From an uncultured Clostridia bacterium (GTDB lineage: Bacteria; Bacillota; Clostridia; TANB77; CAG-508), in the NCBI GenBank assembly GCA_947625645.1, contig CANQPE010000004.1, positions 2,467-66,466 on the forward strand: DNA of 64,000 nt. The letters run 5' to 3'. The translations under genes and the position numbers were made by a program. Position 1 is the first letter of the stretch. Every line of letters begins with the position of its first letter. The notes below the pieces were generated by a model. The model searched no databases. It was not told the DNA's origin and saw only the letters and a list, made by a program, of their open reading frames with translations. Below are positions 10,971-20,999 of this stretch, piece after piece.

Positions 10971-13235
10971 ATGAAAAAACACATACGAAACATCATGCGT
11001 TTCATTGTCATTAGTTTGGGAATTGTGATTGGGTTTTCACAAATTCCCAAAACGGAAGCTGCTACTAACGAACAAGCAATGGTATATATAGATTTACCAA
11101 AGCAACAACAATATAAAACTTCTATGGCTGTACAAGGTTGGATGATGGCAAAAGAAGCCAATGTACAAGTAAAGGCATATGTAGATTCAACAGAAGTAAC
11201 GAGCCAATTAAAAAGAGTAGAAAGAAAAGATGTATTAAAGTCTAGTTATGCAACACAATATGGAAATGCTGCAACAAACCCAACACCTGGATTCCAGGGA
11301 ACGGTTGATTTAACACCATTTAAAGATGGAAAACATACCTTTATGGTGCAAGCAGTTTCTAGCAAAACAAAAGCCGTATTAAAACAAGAAAAAAGAGAAT
11401 TTACCATCCAAAAATATACCATGCTGTTCTGTGCAGACTTGCCAAAAGAAAATGGAACTGTAACAGGAACAAATTTGTATATTCAAGGTTGGCAAATGAG
11501 TGAAGATAAAGAGGCACAAATTAAAATTACAGTCAATAACGTAGATTACACAAGTTCTGTTGTTAGAGTACAAAGACCAGATGTTTTAAAAGCATATGGA
11601 AACAAATACGGTGGAAGCAGTAAAAACCCAACGCCTGGGTTTAAGGTCAATATTGATGTAAGTAGCTGGAAAGATGGCACATACAACGTCAAATTTGAAA
11701 CCTATTTACCAAAATCAAAAGAAATCATCTATTCTTATACAAGGAAGTTTCTAATTAAAAAATACAAATCACTATTTTGCATTGATACACCAACAGAAAA
11801 TGCCACTTTTAGGACAAATATAACCGTTCGTGGCTGGCTCATGAGTGAAGATAAAGAAGCACAAGTAAGACTTTTCGTTGGAAAAACAGATTATACGGAT
11901 AAGGTAACTAGAGTAGAGCGAGCAGACGTGTTAAAAGCCTATACAAACCAATATGGAGGTAGTAGTAAAAATCCAAGGCCTGGGTACACGGCAAACATTG
12001 ATGTAACGAAATGGAAAGATGGGACATATCCTTTAAAATTTGAGGTATATTCCCCTAAAACAAAAGAAGTCTTATTTACTTGTACACGAACAATAAAAGT
12101 ACAAAAATATGCAACTACAATTTATGTAGATGCTCCTGTGGCAAACCAAAATGTGAGAAACACATTGACGGTAAGAGGTTGGACCATGTCTACACAAAAA
12201 GATAGGACCATAAAAGTATATTTAGATCAAACAGATATGACAAGTAAAGTTACTTTAGTAGAAAGACCAGATGTCATTCAAGCAGTAAAAAATTATGGAA
12301 CACAAGCAGAAAATCCAAAACCTGGCTTTCAAGCAACCATTGATGTAAGCCAAGTAAAGGCACAACTAAAACCACATACGTTACGAATCCGTGTTATTTC
12401 AAACCCAATGCAAGAAGAAATTGCAAACATAGAAGTACCTGTTGTCATTAACAGTGTTCCTTTTGAAGAAGGAATTTATGGGTATAGTGGGTTAGCCGCA
12501 TTAGGAAATAAAAATGGTACCAATTTAACGTATTATAAAATTGGAAATGGACCAAATGTATTTTTTGGAACATTTGCTATGCATGGGTTTGAGGACCTAT
12601 GGGGATTTGACGGACAAGAATTAACCTCCATTGCCAATTACTTTAAAGACTACCTATTAAATGCCCAAGACCAATCCATTGCCTCAAAGTGGACCATTTA
12701 TCTTTTTCAACAAGTCAATCCAGATGGAACCAACCATGGTTCAACCAATAATGGACCAGGTAGAACAACATTATACAGTTGGGCTCCTAACAATAGAGGA
12801 ATTGATATTAACCGCTCTTGGCAAGTAGGAAGCCATTATACACGCTATACGGACAGCCGAAACTATAATGGAACAGAAGGATTCCAAGCATATGAAATAC
12901 GATTTTTAAGAGATTTCTTGCTAAGCCATAAATCTACTTCTGGTCAAACGGTTTTAGTCGATTTACATGGCTGGTTACAGCAATTAATAGGGGATAGTAC
13001 CGTTTGTAGTTATTACAAGACACAATTCCCAGAAAATAGCACGCGAACAGTGGGACAATATGGAGACGGCTATTTAATTAAATGGGCAAGAAATTCTTTA
13101 GGAAATGCGAAACATGCAGCCAAGGCAGCTTTAATAGAGTTACCAAGTGGGGTATCTAACCACAATCAAGTGGTACAAAGAGGATTTCCAACAAAATACG
13201 TCAATGCAACGATGGCATTATTACGAGGCATGTAA
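10971..13235 (+). CDS. Secreted protein: signal peptide, 4 x ~114-aa repeat module, C-terminal M14 zinc carboxypeptidase-like domain
   Basis: N-terminal hydrophobic signal. Repeats at aa 36-494. C-terminal domain carries HGFE (HxxE), NPDG, GIDINRSW and VDLHGW, as in M14 peptidases. Confidence 0.75.
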   Translation: MKKHIRNIMRFIVISLGIVIGFSQIPKTEAATNEQAMVYIDLPKQQQYKTSMAVQGWMMAKEANVQVKAYVDSTEVTSQLKRVERKDVLKSSYATQYGNAATNPTPGFQGTVDLTPFKDGKHTFMVQAVSSKTKAVLKQEKREFTIQKYTMLFCADLPKENGTVTGTNLYIQGWQMSEDKEAQIKITVNNVDYTSSVVRVQRPDVLKAYGNKYGGSSKNPTPGFKVNIDVSSWKDGTYNVKFETYLPKSKEIIYSYTRKFLIKKYKSLFCIDTPTENATFRTNITVRGWLMSEDKEAQVRLFVGKTDYTDKVTRVERADVLKAYTNQYGGSSKNPRPGYTANIDVTKWKDGTYPLKFEVYSPKTKEVLFTCTRTIKVQKYATTIYVDAPVANQNVRNTLTVRGWTMSTQKDRTIKVYLDQTDMTSKVTLVERPDVIQAVKNYGTQAENPKPGFQATIDVSQVKAQLKPHTLRIRVISNPMQEEIANIEVPVVINSVPFEEGIYGYSGLAALGNKNGTNLTYYKIGNGPNVFFGTFAMHGFEDLWGFDGQELTSIANYFKDYLLNAQDQSIASKWTIYLFQQVNPDGTNHGSTNNGPGRTTLYSWAPNNRGIDINRSWQVGSHYTRYTDSRNYNGTEGFQAYEIRFLRDFLLSHKSTSGQTVLVDLHGWLQQLIGDSTVCSYYKTQFPENSTRTVGQYGDGYLIKWARNSLGNAKHAAKAALIELPSGVSNHNQVVQRGFPTKYVNATMALLRGM
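11076..12452 (+). repeat. Four tandem in-frame coding repeats (~114 codons each)
   Basis: Recurring pattern: D.P....(V/I).GW.MS......(I/V)...(V/I)D......V.RV.R.DVLKA...YGGS.KNP.PG(F/Y)...(I/V)D(V/L)...KDG.(H/Y). Confidence 0.85.
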
Positions 13236-13285
13236 GAGGGACCCCTTTTCCAATCCAATTTGTGCCTGGGAAGGAATGAGAAAAA

Positions 13286-14098
13286 ATGGAAAAAAACCAG
13301 AAAATAGTATGCTTTAGTATTGTAGCAATTGTCATACTAACGTTACTTGCCGTATGGGGCATGACTTTATGGAAAAAAGATACCCAAACGGTACAAGAAC
13401 CTGAATACCAAGAACAAGAAAACGAAATACAACAGGAAGAAATACAAGAAAATGAAACAGACACAGAGAATAACACATTTGTACAACCAGAAGAAAATCA
13501 GGCAGAAACGCAAGACACACAAGCCATAGATGAACTAAAAGAAGAAACAGGAACAACCGGAAATACTGAAATTTATCAAGTAGAAGAAGAATATGATGGT
13601 AGAAAAGTACTAGCAGTAAAACCTTCTATTCAAACAAAGGTAGCATTTGCAGGAATGATGAAACATGCGCAACCAACTATGGAAGAAGCTGAAAAGATTG
13701 CAAATGAACAATTACCCAAAAATGCGGGGGTATGGATTGCGGAAAACAGTAGAACAGCATGCCTAACAATGTTACAGGAAGTATTAGAATCTACGTATAC
13801 AGTTGACGACCAAGGCTATTTGAAAGTCGTAAACAAAGAAAAACAAAACCAGTATGATAAGAAATTAGAACAAGCCATACAATCAGACAAACAATATCTT
13901 ATTGATATTTCTAGCACTTGCTATACAGTAGATCAGTTAACAGGAGAGATAGGACCATACTTATATTCAGAATTGGACCCTTATCAAACGTACCATTATT
14001 TGCAAGATTCCAATAGAATGGTCATTTTTCTAACAGAAAATGCCGGTCATAAATTAACAAATACAGAAATTATTCATAGTGTCATAGATTTAATATAA
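13286..14098 (+). CDS. Hypothetical membrane-anchored protein with acidic E/Q-rich linker
   Basis: 270-aa ORF with RBS ggaaggaatgag, one N-terminal TM helix and a low-complexity EQE region. No family recognised. Confidence 0.5.
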   Translation: MEKNQKIVCFSIVAIVILTLLAVWGMTLWKKDTQTVQEPEYQEQENEIQQEEIQENETDTENNTFVQPEENQAETQDTQAIDELKEETGTTGNTEIYQVEEEYDGRKVLAVKPSIQTKVAFAGMMKHAQPTMEEAEKIANEQLPKNAGVWIAENSRTACLTMLQEVLESTYTVDDQGYLKVVNKEKQNQYDKKLEQAIQSDKQYLIDISSTCYTVDQLTGEIGPYLYSELDPYQTYHYLQDSNRMVIFLTENAGHKLTNTEIIHSVIDLI

Positions 14099-14116
14099 GG
14101 GAAGGAACAAACTAAC

Positions 14117-14917
14117 ATGGATTTCTTAAAAGATATTTTTACAAATCGAAAGCTCATTTTACAATTAGGAAAAAATGATTTTAAAAATCGTTTTGCCAAT
14201 ACCAGTTTAGGAACAATATGGGGTTTTTTAGCCCCTTTTATCTTTATGATCATGTATGTAATCGTTTTTCAATTTATTTTTGTTACGCCTGGTCCACAAG
14301 GTGCACCTTATGTGGTGTGGTTTATGCCAGGCATGGCAATGTGGATGTGTCTCAATGATGGGATTATTGGAGCAAGTAATTCCATCCGTGGGTATAGTTA
14401 CTTAGTGAAAAAAGTAGTATTCCCCGTAGATGTCATTCCCGTCATTTCTTTAATTGCCAATGCATTTGTTGCACTGTTTTTGTTTTTGATTGCAACAGTT
14501 ACTTGCATTGCATTTGGATTTATTCCTAATGTGTTGCAACTATTGTATATCATAGTTGCTGCCTATGCATTCATTATTTCATTTACAAGGTTTACTGCAG
14601 CCGTAGCAACATTGGTTCCAGACTTTTCTAATTTACTAGGAATTTTGATGCAATTATTTTTCTGGTTTACACCAGTTGTATGGAATTTAACCCAAATTGT
14701 AGCCCATCAAACCATTACAAGAGTCATTAAATGTTCTCCATTTACGTACCTAGTTACGGGATTGCGTGATGCTTTTATGCAAAGTGATATTGGAAATATT
14801 GTTACCCAAAGCCATGGGTTATATACGATTATTTTTTGGGTGATTACGGCGGTTGTATTTCTTTGGGGAAATTATATTTTTAAGAAAAGTAAAAAGGATT
14901 TTGCTGACGTATTGTAA
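14117..14917 (+). CDS. ABC-2 type polysaccharide/teichoic-acid export permease (Wzm/TagG-like)
   Basis: 266 aa, six predicted TM segments, N-terminal ..LGKNDFKNRFANTSLGTIWGFLAPF.. typical of TagG/Wzm. Confidence 0.85.
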   Translation: MDFLKDIFTNRKLILQLGKNDFKNRFANTSLGTIWGFLAPFIFMIMYVIVFQFIFVTPGPQGAPYVVWFMPGMAMWMCLNDGIIGASNSIRGYSYLVKKVVFPVDVIPVISLIANAFVALFLFLIATVTCIAFGFIPNVLQLLYIIVAAYAFIISFTRFTAAVATLVPDFSNLLGILMQLFFWFTPVVWNLTQIVAHQTITRVIKCSPFTYLVTGLRDAFMQSDIGNIVTQSHGLYTIIFWVITAVVFLWGNYIFKKSKKDFADVL

Positions 14918-14955
14918 TTTCTTTTTTACACGAAACGGAATGAAAGGAGAGGACG

Positions 14956-15990
14956 ATGGAGCAATCAATCGATATACTTTTAGCAACTTATAACGGAGAA
15001 AAATATATACCAGAACAGTTGGACAGTATTTTAGGACAAACATACCAAACGTTTCGCTTGCTCATTTCAGATGATGGGTCAACAGATAAAACAAGAGAGA
15101 TTTTGGAGCAATATGCCAAGAAGGATTCTCGCATTGTTCTATTTCTACAAGAAAAGAATTTAGGGTACATTCGAAACTTTGAATTTTTGTTAAAGCAAGT
15201 TACGAGTGCATATTTTATGCTATCAGACCAAGATGATGTATGGTTACCAAATAAAATAGAAACTTCAATGGCGTGCTTAAACAAAGAAGGTGCAGATTTT
15301 GTGTTTGGAGATTTGCAAGTGGTTGATCAAGAGTTACATATGCAATATCCTTCTTTTGGTGCGTTTATGCAGTTAGATCGAAAAATAAAAACATGTCTCC
15401 ATAAAAAAACGTTAAATTATTTATACAATTGTGTAACAGGCTGTACGATACTTGCGAAAAGTACGTTATTAAAAAAAATGTTGCCAATTCCCAATACTTC
15501 AAAATATGTGGCACATGACCATTGGATGGGCTTAATGGCTTCTCTTTATGGAAAAATGGCATATGTACCAGAAACCTATATTTTATATAGGCAACATGGA
15601 GACAACCAAATTGGAACGGAAAAAATATCCCATGGGTTTTCAACCTTAGGGCAAGTCAGAAGGCTATTTATTGATGTTAAGCTAGGAATTTTTGAAACAT
15701 ATGTTAAACATTCTGAAGCATTTCCAAAAGAAATGCAAGAAAAAAATCAAAAAGCACTGGCATATTATGAAATGATAAATCAAAAAGAAAATTTGAATTT
15801 TAGAAAATGGCGTGTATTCCATGAATTATATAAAGAAGAAACAGTACGATATTATATATTAAACTTTATCATTATGAATTTGCCGTTATTGGGAAGACCA
15901 TTGTTTCAGTTACGTTATCATTTTTTAAGATTACGAAAAAGAAAGGGTGAAGACAGTGAGCGAACAAACAGAACCAGTCATCAAAATTGA
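14956..15990 (+). CDS. Family 2 glycosyltransferase (rhamnosyltransferase-like)
   Basis: IDILLATYNGEKYIPEQLDSILGQTY..LISDDGS.. and a SDQDD motif. Paralog of 9956..10936. Confidence 0.8.
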   Translation: MEQSIDILLATYNGEKYIPEQLDSILGQTYQTFRLLISDDGSTDKTREILEQYAKKDSRIVLFLQEKNLGYIRNFEFLLKQVTSAYFMLSDQDDVWLPNKIETSMACLNKEGADFVFGDLQVVDQELHMQYPSFGAFMQLDRKIKTCLHKKTLNYLYNCVTGCTILAKSTLLKKMLPIPNTSKYVAHDHWMGLMASLYGKMAYVPETYILYRQHGDNQIGTEKISHGFSTLGQVRRLFIDVKLGIFETYVKHSEAFPKEMQEKNQKALAYYEMINQKENLNFRKWRVFHELYKEETVRYYILNFIIMNLPLLGRPLFQLRYHFLRLRKRKGEDSERTNRTSHQN

Positions 15991-17248
15991 AAATTTAAGT
16001 AAAAACTATAAAATGTTTGCACGAAAAAAAGATAGAATGTTAGAGACCATATTTCCTATGGTAGAAAGACATGGAATTTTTACAGCCATGAATGACTTCA
16101 ATTTAGAAGTATACAAAGGGGAAGTATTAGGGGTATTAGGAAAAAACGGAGCCGGAAAATCTACTTTATTGAAGATGATAACAGGGGTAGTAACACCTTC
16201 TGGAGGAACAATTGAAATTAAGGGAAAAATCAGTTCACTGTTAGAATTAGGAACCGCTTTTAACCCAGAATTAACAGGAATTGATAACATTTATCAACAT
16301 GGACAAGTGATGGGACTTTCCAATGAAGAAATTGAACAAAAGAAACAAGAAATCATTGATTTTGCAGATATAGGAGAGCATTTATATCAACCAGTAAAAA
16401 CATATTCTTCTGGTATGTTTGCACGATTGGCATTTGCTTGTGCCATTAATGTAGACCCAGATATTTTAATTGTAGATGAAGTATTATCTGTGGGAGATAT
16501 GGCATTCCAACTAAAATGTTTTAAAAAATTTGAACAATTTAAGAAAAAAGGAAAAACCATTTTATTTGTAACACATAGTATTACAGATATTTTAAGAAAT
16601 TGTACCAGAACTATTATTATACAAAGTGGCAAAAAAATTTTTGATGGAGATGTCAAAGAAGGTGTCGAACGCTATAAAAAAATGATTGTAGGTGTTCGTG
16701 AAAAAGAAGAAAAGGAAAAAGTTCCAGCACAAGCCACCAAAACAACAATCGAAAATACAGGGGAAGGAACATGGAAAAGTCATTTTACAGAAAATCCGGA
16801 CTTAATCACATATGGAAATGGGCATGCAGAAGTAATAGATTATGGAATGTTTGATGAACATGACAACTATGTGTCTGTTTTAGAAAATGATAAGGAAGTT
16901 GTCTTAAAATCCAAAATCCATTTCCATGAAGATGTAAAAGACCCCATTTTTACGATGACAGTAAAAGATTTTAAAGGTTTGGAAATGGCAGGAACCAATA
17001 CTTTAATTGAAAAGATTGCAACAGGAGAGTTCCATAAAGGAGAAGAAGTAGAAGTTGCTTTTAAACAAAAAATTAATGTAGCACCAGGGAAATATACCTT
17101 ATCATTTAGTTGTACACACTTTAATCATCGTGGCGAATTAGAAGTGTTAAACCGAAAGTATGATGCTTTGCTGATTGAAGTATTATCTACAAAAGACACC
17201 GTGGGGCTAATGCGCTTAGATTCCGACATTACAATCACCAAAAAATAG
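15947..17248 (+). CDS. ABC export ATPase (Wzt/TagH-like) with extended C-terminal domain
   Basis: Walker A GKNGAGKST, YSSGMFARLAF signature, Walker B ILIVDE. An extra ~180 aa follows the NBD, as in glycan-cap-binding Wzt proteins. The start may be GTG 15956. Confidence 0.85.
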   Translation: MKTVSEQTEPVIKIENLSKNYKMFARKKDRMLETIFPMVERHGIFTAMNDFNLEVYKGEVLGVLGKNGAGKSTLLKMITGVVTPSGGTIEIKGKISSLLELGTAFNPELTGIDNIYQHGQVMGLSNEEIEQKKQEIIDFADIGEHLYQPVKTYSSGMFARLAFACAINVDPDILIVDEVLSVGDMAFQLKCFKKFEQFKKKGKTILFVTHSITDILRNCTRTIIIQSGKKIFDGDVKEGVERYKKMIVGVREKEEKEKVPAQATKTTIENTGEGTWKSHFTENPDLITYGNGHAEVIDYGMFDEHDNYVSVLENDKEVVLKSKIHFHEDVKDPIFTMTVKDFKGLEMAGTNTLIEKIATGEFHKGEEVEVAFKQKINVAPGKYTLSFSCTHFNHRGELEVLNRKYDALLIEVLSTKDTVGLMRLDSDITITKK

Positions 17249-17265
17249 AGAAAGGAAAGGTCGTC

Positions 17266-18913
17266 ATGGAATCAGAATTTTCTAAAAATATTGTTAACTG
17301 GTATCCTTTTCAAAAAAACATGCGTGTTTTATTCATTGCAGACGCTCCAGAAGCAATTGCCAGCTCGTTGAGGGACAATTGCAAAGAGGTTGTAGTGGTA
17401 ACAGAAAATTTAGAAAACACGTTATGTGAAGGGAACGTATTTGACTGTATGGTATTTATTGGGGTAATTGGAATTTTGCCAAGGATTATGCCAAACAACC
17501 CTACTTTAGAAGGGTTATTTCATAAAGTAACACCGTATTTAGCGGAACATCGGGAGAATTTTATTGGCAATTGACAACAAATTTGGATTACGCTATTTTT
17601 GTGGTCATCCAGAAAATATTTTACACAAAAAGTTTCCAAGTTTAATTGGGTATAGCAATGAGCCAACCAAGATAGAAACCTATACAAAAACAAGTTTAGA
17701 AACGTTTCTAAAACAACAAGGGTATTACACGAACTTTTATTATCCGCTTCCAGATTACAAATTTCCCAATGTTATTTTTTCAGAGAAAGAAATGCCAAAA
17801 TATAATAGTATAGACAAATATATTTCATACCCTACGCAGCAGTCGGATACCATTATGAATGAAATAGATGTATTTCGAGAAATTCTTAAAACAAACCCAG
17901 AAATGTTCCCTTTTTTTGCGAACTCTTTTTTGGTGGAAATGGCATTAGAACCGATAGATATTTTATACAAATATATTTCGTTTAACAATATGCGAAAGCC
18001 AGAATATCGACTCATCACAAAAATTGCAGACAATTATGTTGAAAAGCAAGTAGTGGGGGAAGAAGCGGAGAATCATTATAGGCAAATTAAAGAAAACATT
18101 CACTATTTAGAAGAGCAGGAATTGCATACAGTAGATTACATTGAAAATGGCACCATAAAAAGTCGCTATATTGACCAAAAATATTTGCTCAATGAAGTTT
18201 TAACACATGCATTAGCGCAAAATCAAACAGAGCAATTTGACAGCATTATGGCACAATATATTCAGTTGCTACAAAAAAATACCATTCATCTTGAAACAGC
18301 AGAAAATACCGTATTTGAAAAATACCATATAGCCATAGAACATCCAGAATGGATTTCAGAATTTCATTTTGCACCAATAGGGCTATGGGACATGACATTC
18401 AAAAACTGTTTTTATTTAGAAAATCAATTCTATTTCTTTGATCAAGAATGGAAAGAAGAAAACTTACCAGTAGAATTTATTTTATATCGTTCTATTCTAT
18501 ATACCATATCTTTGCGTCGATATCGCAATATTGACACATTATTTGAAACTTATGGATTACAAAAGTATAGGACGTTATTTGAAGCATTGGACAATGCCTT
18601 GCAAGAAAAAATACGAGATAGCCACATTTGGGCGTTATATAGTCAAAATACGTATTTTGACATTGATAGTACAAAACAGGAATTAGAAAATATAGGAATG
18701 AGAGACCATGCAAAACAATTGGCTCTTGAAAACTTAACCATGGAAAAAGAACAGTTGCTACAAGAAAATGAGACCTTAAAAGGGCAAAAACAGACATTGG
18801 AATTACAATGTAAAACGTTGCAAGAAGAATTGCAAATTGAGAAAAATCAGACACTGTTTGAAGTGGTGAAAAAAAAGCTTCAAAATAAAAAAGAAAGGAT
18901 TAGCAAAGAATGA
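17266..18913 (+). pseudogene. SAM-methyltransferase-like protein with C-terminal coiled coil; frame broken by a 1-nt insertion at 17551
   Basis: ORFs 17266..17574 and 17564..18913. Removing C17551 gives ..KVTPYLAEHGRILLAIDNKFGLRYFCGHPE, a typical class I MTase post-motif. The C-terminal ~70 aa form a heptad-rich coiled coil. Confidence 0.75.
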
Positions 18914-20985
18914 ATCAAAAAATCGATATTTATAAAAATCCAATGAAAAAATTAGAAATAGAACATCCAAAAAAAGTCAGTGTTATCATTCCCAACTATA
19001 ATTATGCGAATTTTATCACAGAAAGAATTGACTCTATCTTATTACAGACTTATCCCATTTATGAGCTTATTATTTTAGATGATTGTTCCACAGACAATAG
19101 TGTACAAGTCATTGAAGAAAAAATAAAAACTATACATGACATAAAAGTCCAGTTTGTCAAAAATGAAACCAATAGTGGTGGCGTATTTAAACAATGGAAA
19201 AAAGGGTTTGACTTAGCAACAGGTGATTTTATTTGGATTGCAGAAGCGGATGATACAGCTGAAAATAATTTTGTTGAAGAGTTAATAAAGCCTTTTGATG
19301 ATGAAAAAGTGGTTTTATCCTATTGCGAATCCGCTAGAATTGATGGAAAAAACAACTTAATTCGTGAAAAGTCAGACGATTTATATGACATGTGCCGAAC
19401 AGGCGAATGGAAAGACCCTTATATTTGGACAGGAAAGCATGAGAATGTTTACCATTTAAGTGTCACAAACACCATTTTAAATGTTTCTAGTGTGATGTGG
19501 CGTAAAAAAGAGTATACGGAAATTTTTGAAAAGGCAGGGGAGTTTAAAGTAGCAGGCGACTGGTATATCTATTATAATGTTCTAAAAGATGGAAATATTA
19601 GTTGGAACCCAAAACCATTAAATTACTATCGAAAACATGGAAGCTCTGTGTGTACAGATGTAAAAGCAGAGATTGAATTTCAAGAAATTTGTAGATTGCA
19701 AAAAGAAATTTCTGCCCTATATCCTATTCCAAAAGAGATCCAACAAAAACAAGAAATGAGAAGAGAACTAATGTACCCGCTTCTTCCTAAGAAAAAAATT
19801 GCATGGGTGATGCCACATCCAGGGAAAGGGTCTGGTGGGCACCGCACCATTATTCAAAATGTAAATGCCTTGTTACGAGAAGGGTATGAATGTGATATTT
19901 ACGTAGAAGAAGATGGCGTGTCTACACCAGAAATGGTAAGACAAAAGATTAATGAATGGTATGAACCTTGTTCTGCAGGTGTGTATGTAGGCTTTCAACT
20001 TCAAAAAGACTATGACTTAATGTTTGCTACAGGTTGGCAAACAGTCGACTTTGTGAGAAAACTTCCTGCTAAGAAAAAAGCCTATTTTATTCAAGATTAT
20101 GAGCCATGGTTTTTCCCAATGGGAGACCAATATTTAATCACAGAAAATTCATATAAATATGGCTTTTTACCAGTAACCATTGGAAAATGGCTTGCCCATA
20201 AAATGGCAAGTGAGTTCCATACCCCAGCAGAATACTTTGATTTTGGAGCAGATTTGAATGTTTACCGACCATTGGACAATGTAGAAAAAGAAAACGCAAT
20301 TTGTTATGTGTATCAACCAGAAAAACCTAGAAGATGTGACTATATTGGGTTAGAAGCGTTAAAATTAGTAAAAGCCATGCGACCAGATGTAAAAATCTAT
20401 TTATATGGTTCTAGTATAGATGCAAGACCCGTACCTTTTGAACATGAAAATTTACGTATTATTCCTATTGAAGCGTGCAACAAATTATATAATAGATGTA
20501 AAGTAGGGCTTTGTTTAAGTGCTTCTAATCCTTCTAGAATTCCTTTTGAGATGATGGCAGCAGGGTTACCAGTGGTAGAAATGTATAAAGAAAATAATGT
20601 ATATGACTTACCAGAAGGAGGGGTACTATTAGCAGATACAACGCCAGAAGCAATTGCAAGTGCTATTGTACACCTATTAGACCACCCAGAAATAGCCCAA
20701 AAGATGTCAGAATTTGGGGTTCAATATATGAAACAATATCCCCTAGAAAAAGGGTTTGGACAAATTGTAAATGTTGTAAAAGATATGTTAGAAACAGATT
20801 ACCAAGATATACCAAAGATTGAAAAATTATATCAAAAGCAAGCATTTACAGCATCTGAGGAATCTAAAAATGTAGTCATACAAGAAGTCCAAGCAAGACC
20901 GATTTATGAGGATAACCATGGAAGGCTATATCGTTTTTTAAGGAGATGCAAAAGATTTTTACGTGATAAATTGAAATCAAGATAG
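18910..20985 (+). CDS. Bifunctional glycosyltransferase: N-terminal GT2 plus C-terminal WsaF-like/GT-B rhamnosyltransferase domain
   Basis: VSVIIPNYNYANFITERIDSILLQTYP..ILDDCSTD (GT2). The second half starts KKIAWVMPHPGKGSGGHRTI, as remembered for WsaF-type transferases. Confidence 0.7.
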   Translation: MNQKIDIYKNPMKKLEIEHPKKVSVIIPNYNYANFITERIDSILLQTYPIYELIILDDCSTDNSVQVIEEKIKTIHDIKVQFVKNETNSGGVFKQWKKGFDLATGDFIWIAEADDTAENNFVEELIKPFDDEKVVLSYCESARIDGKNNLIREKSDDLYDMCRTGEWKDPYIWTGKHENVYHLSVTNTILNVSSVMWRKKEYTEIFEKAGEFKVAGDWYIYYNVLKDGNISWNPKPLNYYRKHGSSVCTDVKAEIEFQEICRLQKEISALYPIPKEIQQKQEMRRELMYPLLPKKKIAWVMPHPGKGSGGHRTIIQNVNALLREGYECDIYVEEDGVSTPEMVRQKINEWYEPCSAGVYVGFQLQKDYDLMFATGWQTVDFVRKLPAKKKAYFIQDYEPWFFPMGDQYLITENSYKYGFLPVTIGKWLAHKMASEFHTPAEYFDFGADLNVYRPLDNVEKENAICYVYQPEKPRRCDYIGLEALKLVKAMRPDVKIYLYGSSIDARPVPFEHENLRIIPIEACNKLYNRCKVGLCLSASNPSRIPFEMMAAGLPVVEMYKENNVYDLPEGGVLLADTTPEAIASAIVHLLDHPEIAQKMSEFGVQYMKQYPLEKGFGQIVNVVKDMLETDYQDIPKIEKLYQKQAFTASEESKNVVIQEVQARPIYEDNHGRLYRFLRRCKRFLRDKLKSR

Positions 20986-20999
20986 GAGTTATAAACAAA

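Noticed and set aside
75-17551. The four single-C frameshifts considered as programmed ribosomal frameshifts or transcriptional slippage sites.
   Set aside because: None has a slippery heptamer, homopolymer run, stimulatory SD or downstream structure. The affected genes (uvrA, uvrB, a methyltransferase) are not known to use recoding.
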